64,000 nucleotides of DNA from Balanoglossus misakiensis. Lineage: Eukaryota; Animalia; Hemichordata. Positions 55,279 through 64,000 of this stretch are shown piece after piece. Both the position numbers and the translations under genes were made by a program. The first letter of the stretch is position 1. Each line of letters begins with the position of its first letter. The DNA lies in NCBI GenBank assembly GCA_040954595.2, contig CM082581.2, positions 14,375,350-14,439,349 on the forward strand. The letters run 5' to 3'. The notes beneath the pieces are model-generated. The model made no database searches. It was not told where the DNA came from and worked only from the letters and a program-made list of their open reading frames with translations.

Positions 55279-58200
55279 GTTGAAGCGCCACTTGTGGCCG
55301 CCCATGTGGTTACTTTTGTTTATATGAATGTCTCCTCTTGTCAGAGGATTTATAGCAAGGAGAAAGCAACTCAAATGGTGGCACTTCAACAAGGCAAACA
55401 TTGTAGTGCTAATTTTATATACAGAAAGCAAAATGTACATTAAATTGAAAGTCAAGTAATACAAACGCTGCATGCAAGAATATGATTTTCCATGAAAACA
55501 CTACTCTGAATTGTCCAAGGTCATTTGTTGTGACATTATCCTTGGAAACAAATGTTTTGATTGCTGAAAAATACAGCTAGCTTTAAACTTGAACAATGAT
55601 TTTGTTTAGGAACAGATGTAATCAAATTTGGTGTGGCTTATAGCAAAAGAATGCATACTCAGTCTCAGATTAATGCTACAGAAAAGTAAAATGCAGGTTC
55701 TTTGGAGACAAGTCACAGTTGTGATACAATCACATTTATTAATTAAGGTTTGTTTTTGAGATGTGGAGTTCGATTTCTTTCGAGTATTTTGAGCTTGGTA
55801 GATGTTGGTAGACGTCACAATTTGCACACAGAACACAGTCATGTCTTCAGAGATGCACATATTTGGCCACCTACACAGTGTATGGTGTCAAAACTCAGAA
55901 ATCTCAGATTTCATATTTTGTCTGAATATCCGCTGTGCCTGAATGAAGTGAATGATGATGGTGATGGTGGGGATAGAGATGGATGAACCCTTCCCTCCCT
56001 GTAAGTTGTTGATGTGTATACCAGGCCTATTTTTCCAACACATTGTTGGACTTCACCACATCCAACTGACAGGGGTGGGTAGGGTTGTAACTTGGGCTTT
56101 ACTGAAACCAAAGACAAATTTTCCCTTTGGCTTGCTGATTAGTCCTAATACTGGATGCTCAGGGTTTCAACTTTAGATACAATTGTAAAACCTTGTGTAG
56201 CTAGTCAAAAGTTAGTTTAGAATCAGCCTCTTTCTGGTAGTGGAGTGAGTTTAGATTGGAATTTTTCTCAAGTCTATAGGGACTATAGCAAAGGTGTAAT
56301 TTTCTAGATATTTCAACCCTGGTGAATGTGTGTACAGTGTAGGTTTCTTTCCATATGTTTTTCAATTTTTCAGAAAACAGAACTTCCTAGTCAATTTTAG
56401 GTAGATACAATAATGACGTTCATTCATCGATTGGTTACTAAATGAACTTGTTTGTATTTTGTAGATGTAATTCTAGTTGCATGAAGCGAACAATTTTGCA
56501 AGAATTTGTACAGTAATGTATGTAGCCAAGGGTGTTAATATTCAATGTTGCGTCACAACTTTTAAATGCTGTAGAAAAATGAAAGCATAGTGTTATGTAA
56601 TTGACATCAATGAGTACCCAGTGAGTACAGTGTCATTTTGGATTTCAACTCAACCTGAATTTGAAACAAATGAATAGGAAAAAAAGGAGTACTTCTTTGC
56701 CCTAACTGCCATTAAGCAAACTAAATACAATGAAATTTTGATATATATACCAAAGTTGTAAACATAATGACCAATCTGTACAGCAGACTCTTGTTGTTTT
56801 ATTTGTTATTTTTTACAATTGTACAAAGAAGACAGTTGCGTTGCAGTGCTGAGTTTTGTTTTGCAAAGAGTACATTGTTGGTTTATTTTTTACTGCCTTT
56901 TAAGTTATGAAGGAACTTAATCTTAATGAAGCATTGCCTTGCATTTTTATCTAAAATGTGAGCTGTCCATGACCTAGAAATAATGAGGGAAAAAAACATG
57001 ATTGAGGATACCACATGCTTATTGAAAGAGTACCAAATGCTTTGAAGTGTGATGAAGTCTTATAGATTTTGTTTTTTGCTGTTTTATGTGACAACACCAG
57101 TGTATAGTTTGTATAATAACATGCATATAGCACTTATTGAAAGTACATGTAGTTACTGCTGTTTGCTATGTGCAAGAACAAAACAATTTGCATGCATGAG
57201 TGTATTGGTTTGTGTACCCATATTAGATGTTTGCGATATCTTGTTTGCTATTCCCTGTACTGAATACTTAAGCGCACTTTTATGTTTTGATTATCTGTTC
57301 ATAGTTGTTATGATTCCTGTCATTATTGAACACTTGAATGCTAAGTTTTTTTTTTCACTCATAGCATTCTCTCTCTTCCTTATGTAACACTTTCATTAGT
57401 GCAAGAATTTATAGTAGTATCCACATCGTCCAAACTGCCACAGCAAAGTGGTTTTATTTTCAAAGGATTTATTTTTATGTTTCCATTCGATGTGTAGCTG
57501 TGTAAGTTGTTAATTGTGGGATAGTGGTCATATTGTCTACTTTTAGCTCACTTTGGACTTATTTTATTTCTGAACAAAACCTGGTCATGGAATACAATGT
57601 ACCAGTCAGTACAAATCACTTTATAGCAAGGCATAAAGAAAGGAGGGAAAGAGATCTTTCACAATATCTTTATAATTGATGCAGCAAGAATTACTGCAAC
57701 TCACTTGAGACTTGACGTTTAGTAATTAGTATGTGCAGTGTGCATTGGTTTAGGATGTATGTCTATTATTTGCTCATTTCCATTATTTCGGCAAAAACCA
57801 AAAATTTCATTGTGTGTCAATCTTATATGTTCTGTTAGTATGTGAAAAGCCCTTGGCCAATTCATGTTGGAAGAAGTCATAAATTGTATCGAGCATATAA
57901 TTTTTTGTCACCATGGAAAAGCTTCATGGTTGTTGTGAAAGTGAATGCCAAGCTAATATATTTGACGCTTTGCTACAAATCAAATTGGCTTTGGGCATTC
58001 AAATTGCAGTGTCAACTTCTCTTTATGATATCATAACGAAATTGTTTTAGAAACAATAATTTATGTCTTAAGTTGTTTGTCCAAATCAAGCTCGGCTGCA
58101 GAGTTTCATTTACAGGGTGGGTGACATCCGAGTTTGGGCACATTTTCTGCTGAAATAGACCCCATAGTAAAATAAGATGTTCTTGAGGAACCAACTTGGC

Positions 58201-58627
58201 TTGATTTTGGACATCAAGTTAGTACCATATCATGTATGCTTTTTTTGCTGTTCTGTTCTAGAAATCTGTTTTGTATTGTCACATTTGTTTACATTTTATT
58301 GCTGCATGTGCAAAAGGATTTGACAGGCTTCTGCCTAAAGCAGTGTCGGTTTTGCTACAACTGAAAGAGCACAGGACTGTATTGAATTTTGGAAAATACA
58401 AAAAAAAAAAAAATTCTATGATGTAATTTAAAAACTGTACCTGGTCAGACAACGTCTCTTGTAATTAACCAAGTTACAACGTAGTTGTATATTCAACAAT
58501 TAAATTAATTATGCTACTGCATTATATTATCTGGAAAAAAAGATTTTAAATTTATCATATGCTTCTATTTAATTGTCAATGAAATAATGAAGGTGCTTTG
58601 CTTGCTAAACATTGTGTGCAAAATAAA
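55279..58627 (+). other. Probable long (~3.3 kb) 3' UTR of the LCOR-like gene
   Basis: T-rich non-coding sequence with many TGTA elements, ending at AATAAA ~58622. Confidence 0.45.
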
Positions 58628-60258
58628 ACTAACCTGGCTGAGCTTACAGAAACAACTCGCGTCTGTTTTATAGGAACAGAACACAAGCAAACTCTAGCAG
58701 CCAAAAGCATTCAAAGAGAATACAATTTCTTAATTTTTTTGTCGTGTATGTATGTATGTGTGTGTTTGCATTAAATATTTATTTCTACTCAGTTTTACTT
58801 GTATTTGTCAAAGCTGTATTGACAGAAGTCGTATTTGAGATTGGACTGCCTAATAAACATGGTTTTGGAATGCACAGTACAACGGTCTTATTTAGTGTGC
58901 TTTTTTCTATCAGAAATGACACAGTATATAAGAGTTATTACAAATCAGGGCAAAGGGTAGTCCAGTGAAAGTCACTTTAAACACATACAGTAAAAAGCGA
59001 GTCTTCCTAAACCGTTTCCTGCCTGCAAGGTACTTCTTGGAACATGACCCTGGAGAGCAATTCGATCCAGAAGAAACCATTGTAAGGGTCATTGTCCTGA
59101 CGGCGTTAAGCAGTCACCGCCCGGGGTTCACCACTGAAACTTTCTTTCCTGTTTACCAAAACCACAGATTTTTTCTCTTTTGTCTGCGTGTGAATGCAAT
59201 GGAGCCATTGGCACGGATAGCGGTTATCATGTTTCTTTGGGAGGAAAGCATCGTGGAGAATTCTTAGAATCAGTGTTGAAGTTCGCTTACTTGCAAGAGA
59301 CTTTTTTAAATCCGTGTAGGATAAACTTTGACGAGAGTAAACAGAAGTATATTGCTCGAAAGTAGAATAGGTTTGACTTTATAGCGCCAACATCCAGGGT
59401 AAAATCGTTAGGCAAAAACGACATTACACAGCAAGGTGTACTAAGCTCTCTTATCAGCAACAGTTTATTTTGTAGTCGATCAAATTTTTTATCGTTTCAA
59501 TTATTAATTGATACAGTTACATTTAAACACCATATCAAGGAGAAAATGGCCGAAATCTAGGCTTCCCATAGTCGTGTCAGAACAGTAGCCCCCTGAACAT
59601 TTACTATCCGGACAATTCTCATGGACCGGTTAGGGTATTCTTATCCGTAGGATGACTGTCCAACGAAACGGGTAATTTCCTTGACCAGCTAAGCCATGGA
59701 CGGTGGTATAGAAAGAAAAAAAAACGTAAACAGCAAGATCAGCAATAGAGTCATTTAGCCACCGTAAATGTACTTAAATTGTAATCACAGACCACTGATA
59801 AAGGAACCTAGAAATGCGTCATTTACAATAATCACAGTGGAAGAAATGTGCATGTTGGGGTCACATTCGGATCATTCGTATTAAATCTTGACAAAAATAA
59901 GTAGGGAAATATACGGGTTTGCCAAAAAGACGAAGTGGTTTATCAGAAAGGCGAAATATAAGTAATCAATGACATAATTGAAGGCATTGTTTCTGTATCA
60001 GAGATGGGAGAAATTTAAGATAGTTCCTTCGGACAGCTCAAGGGTACTTCCTGGCTGTTCAGTTCTATCTGAGGTTTACATAACGTCGTGAACACCGGCT
60101 TGTTCTGTGTTTGAATTGTGTATCTTGGCCTTGGATGCTTAGCGATTTCGGAGAAAAGAGATTTGTGAATGCAGGGCCTAATGCCAAGAAATCAAATCGG
60201 GCGACAATCTAGATAAAGAATTTTCCGTGCAATCAGGAAGTACATACCTTTACAGATG

Positions 60259-60265
60259 TATAAAA
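60259..60265 (+). promoter_or_regulatory. TATA box of the secreted-protein gene
   Basis: TATAAAA about 115 bp upstream of the ATG at 60376. Confidence 0.6.
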
Positions 60266-60375
60266 GAGAGAGGCAAGTCCAGTAACAGTAGAAAGCTTTT
60301 GACACCGAGAAGTCGACGACACTCCAAGAAACCAAACAGCCACAATTTCTCGGGTCTGGTCATCGTTTATCCAAA

Positions 60376-61234
60376 ATGACTGCAGCTGCTTTTCGTATTG
60401 GGTTGCTGTGTGTGACCATTGCCTTGGTCAGCGCAAATCGACGAACGTAAGTATTTTCGCGTCTACAATCATTTGTGGTCACTGAGAGGGAAGGGAGAGG
60501 GAGGAGAGAGGCCGGTCCTTTGATTCCAATTTGTATAACACTTCATTTCAACAGCCATTATAAGGAAACACTTAAATGTTGAAACAAGCAAAACCATCAT
60601 GCGATACTTGTAAATTTAATTTTCCCAGTGCAGCACTTAAAACTTTTGAGCTGAAAAGTTATGTCGTGTCGGGTACCTGAGGGTTTCGTTGGTCAGACTC
60701 ATGTTGTAGATTCCTGGTCAGTGGAAAACTAAATCAATCCAAGGACCTTTGATAACATAACATAACAGAGATAATTGATGCCACTGATCTGAATCACAAT
60801 GCTTCATGTCTTTCTTGATTTGCTCTTACAGGTGTTTTTGTGAAATTCGCACTGGGCTGGAGAGAAACAGTCCAGTGTTGGTAGATGTTGACGACCCAAG
60901 GTATAGCCACTGGCTTCACTACACCTGTCGGACTGCCATAGAGAACTGCCCCAATGATTGTCGTGCAGCCGCTGCAAGAGCCCTTGGCGGATCCACGAAC
61001 CCTCTTGATGTTAAAGCTGGGACGTCGGCGTGTCAGCGTCTCGGGAGGACAGTTCTCCCCAGCGACCGTGTCCACCTCTACGCCCACTACAAAACCAGCA
61101 GCTGTGACCATGTGGGGCACGTCTACTTGGGCGAAGTCTGTTGCTGGAAACTTCAGTTCGCAGGAATACCCCAGGCTTTTTATTTGTTTAATAAAAGCTG
61201 TGATACGGAAGGATCGCCTGTCCTTATTGGTTGA
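60376..61234 (+). CDS. Small secreted cysteine-rich protein (157 aa), 2 exons
   Basis: Exons 60376-60446 (signal peptide MTAAAFRIGLLCVTIALVSA; AC|GTAAGT) and 60832-61234; 10 Cys in the mature part; AATAAA at 61480-61485. Confidence 0.85.
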
Positions 61235-62287
61235 AGAACTTAATACCTGGAACAACACAGGTTGATCAACCGTGATCGGAAGAGCTATACACTGCAGCTA
61301 CATCATGTACAACTAGTGCTTAAAATAACTTTGATCTTCTGCAAAACATGCTTTTTGAGGGCATCTTGAATACAGCTATGCAAAGTGTAAAGAAGTACAT
61401 TTAGTGTGTTTTTCACAAAATGAAATGCACAATTGCATTATGGCTTTCTGTGCATAAAGTGAGGCTGAACTTTTTGGTTAATAAAATGTTTAAGTGTCAA
61501 ACCACTGTGCTGTGTATCTTATTTCTACATCTTTGGATCATATTTTATTTGAGATTGAAATGGTATCAATGTCATTTTTTTCTGCACAATGGGACTTGAT
61601 ACTGAACAAAATACGGCCAAAAGATACAGCTATTAAATGGAACTTTAACGATCATACTCATAAAGCTTGTGATGTTGGCAGATCTTGGTGACGCTAATCC
61701 ACTGACTCCTATGCCATGTTTGGACTTTTTTAAGAACGTTCAGACCTAGTCATGAAGGCCATTGATGTGATTTTTTTCCTGAATCTAATTTATTACTTTA
61801 CAGATGACCTGAGAAGCACAGTACAATGCACTCGGCGGCAACACATGCATTCAGCATATACTAGGTATTTTACACCAACAGTTTTAACACAGTAAGTTAG
61901 AAAACACACCTTTTTATTCTAAAAGACAACATATATGAATGTATTAGACTCTGATTGACTTACATCTTGAAAGGTCAAAATGAAACATTTCTATGAATCT
62001 ATAGAAAACACATGATCTCAAAGAACTCAAATAGGAAAAAGTAAAAAGGGGTTCATCTTTAATAATAGTGCTTTTAAATGAAAACTTTACTTTTTTCCCC
62101 ACTACTAAGGGCAATATGATGTTTTGAAAATCTGGGCAATGGGTTGGAAAGATGGCATATTCCATTGGTACTGTCAGTTCTCAGATGCTGCATTCTCCAT
62201 GGTAACTGTTTATATTTGCCATGGGCTGCTGCCCTCAATGTTCTTGTGTTATTTTTCAAGTACTGGCAGCAATGTTTAAATCAAGGG

Positions 62288-63272
62288 CTATGACACTCTG
62301 TCCAAGGCTTCCAACATGATTATGCTGTTTCCACGTATCACCTACAAGAAAAAAAGGGGGAAAAATCCCTATGAGAGGATACACAATTTGAAGGTTTTTA
62401 GTTTTTAAGAAAGAGTTGTCCGAGTTCTCAAGAAAGAAAGATTGCTTCTTAAAATGTAAAATTTATCCTTGCCTCATCTTAACACACTTCTTGATTGCAC
62501 TTCTAAAGTGCCAAGGGAAAACTACAAAAGCTTGAGAAATCCAAAATACTTACCACCATTCCAATATGATGTTTTTCACCACCTGAAATTTCTTCAACAG
62601 ATTCATCTAACACAAGATTCATAAACGGGTCATACCCCCGCAGTACACCAGTCACCGCTCTACCTCCATTTAATTTCACTGAAGAAAGAAAAGGGAGATT
62701 CAGTTACTTTACAGCAACCATTGTACATGCATATGCACGACAAGTATATGCCATACTGTCTATGACAATTCCCACTGATGAGTGTGTTGGCTAAGCACTA
62801 ATTCAGTGTCCCAATTCGTCAAAAGTTTCAACTAAACTCACAAGCTGACAATCTTATCTACTTGAACAAAAATCGGGTTCTATTCAGTCGTTCCACCATT
62901 TCCAGTATGTAATGCTGTGCATAAGGTGTTGTGAAACCATTTATAATAAACTTACATGACAGCTTTTTGTCCATGAACCTGGAATGAACAATAAGAGATG
63001 TAATGTTAAAATATTTTCTCTTGTTATGCCCATTTCCTTATTTCCTAAGTGAAACTGGTATCTATAGTTTTAGAGATTATGCCACTGTCAAACAGTTCGC
63101 GACCATGTCAAGCAATGGGCGCAGCCATTTTGAATGACATCCTTGAACCACAATATTGATCATTCCTTAGTCAAAAAAAGGCTTCAAACAACACGAAAAC
63201 GCCTCGTACGGAACCAAAAACTCGAGATTCAAATACTTACTTCTTTAGTTCTGGTGGATGGGCCTTACTCAT
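62288..63272 (-). CDS. SNRPG: Small nuclear ribonucleoprotein G (SmG), 77 aa, 4 exons
   Basis: Exons 63272-63241, 62978-62956, 62678-62554, 62341-62288: [77 protein letters not shown]. Not in the ORF track. Confidence 0.97.
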
Positions 63273-63900
63273 TTTGGATTAATTAGATTGGAGACCAACT
63301 GATGTAGCTGAATCCTTTGTTTACAACGCAAGACGACGCTCAGAAAGCGTTTTGGCGTTGTTCCATTGTGTGTATGAGATGACAAAAAGTGACTCCTCTC
63401 CGAAACAACTCTAATAGAAAAATACTTATGTTTTAAGCAACGTGATTTTACATTTATAAACGTAATCATACAACTCCGTCGTGTTTATTGAACTGTTTTA
63501 TCATTTGATTAGAATGCATTAGAGAAGCATTCGTCCATTCATCCCTACAAAATAATGAACTCTTCACATAGCTTCACTTCTGCCGAATGTTGTCGAACTT
63601 TTACGAGTAAGAACGAGCAGCAGGCTTCCGTGTGTTGCGGCAAAATCGCCACTCGACAACGCGTCAAGTTAACGGTGAGTTGTGGAATTTTTACAGGGGT
63701 TACAGCAGTATATAAGTGTTAATGTGGAACGGACATTCACAGCCAGTTGAGACTACAGAAAGTTTTAATCTAAACTTCACAGACCTGTATCTGAAAACGA
63801 CAAACGTTTTCGCTATTGGTCGTGAGTTTTGTAAAGACCAGCCAATCAGAAAAGACGATCGTCGATACCGAAAACCCGCGAAATACAGAGTTAAAAAACA
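63273..63900. promoter_or_regulatory. SNRPG promoter and possible first non-coding exon of a divergent + strand gene
   Basis: CpG-richer; + strand donor ACG|GTGAGT at ~63676; CCAAT boxes near 63815 and 63842. Confidence 0.4.
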
Positions 63901-64000
63901 AAGTGCTATTGCTTGTTTTGTAAACTTTCCCATAAAAACAAACAGGACAAGGTGTTTTCGTCAATTTTGTACGTATATCGATGATTGCTATACAACTACA

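Noticed and set aside
58910-59365. GC-richer segment with short ORFs and minus-strand splice-like signals
   Set aside because: Stops occur in all frames soon after the candidate acceptor and there is no recognisable protein; could be regulatory or lncRNA but is unsupported.
55279-60300. PALI1/2-like alternative long exon of LCOR/LCORL
   Set aside because: No long ORF downstream of the psq exon before the next gene.
60794-61265. 154-aa antisense and 103-aa alternative-frame ORFs
   Set aside because: They overlap the secreted-protein exon, which has the supporting signal-peptide exon, phase, TATA box and polyA signal.

Overview
AT-rich, intron-rich animal (invertebrate-like) genomic DNA; the ORF track mostly shows exon fragments, so I assembled genes by hand from splice signals and reading phase. 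Eight protein-coding genes are supported: an AMN1/FBXL-type LRR protein (-), PUS1 (+, with a U12-type intron), an R3HCC1/R3HCC1L orthologue (-, apparently GUG-initiated), a ~900-aa protein with predicted Ubl-Ubl-TIR-TIR-SLOG architecture (+), MORN4 (-), an LCOR/LCORL/E93-family psq-HTH factor (+, 13-kb first intron), a small secreted 10-Cys protein (+) and SNRPG (-). The first six form three head-to-head pairs. There is also a ~93-bp TTAA-bounded piggyBac-like MITE family and a TA-bounded MITE. The strongest candidate for an undescribed system is the TIR-TIR-SLOG protein: a putatively catalytic TIR fused to a nucleotide-binding SLOG domain, recalling bacterial Thoeris signalling in one spliced animal gene. 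All homology calls come from motif recognition, not database searches; boundaries were counted by hand and may be off by a few bases.
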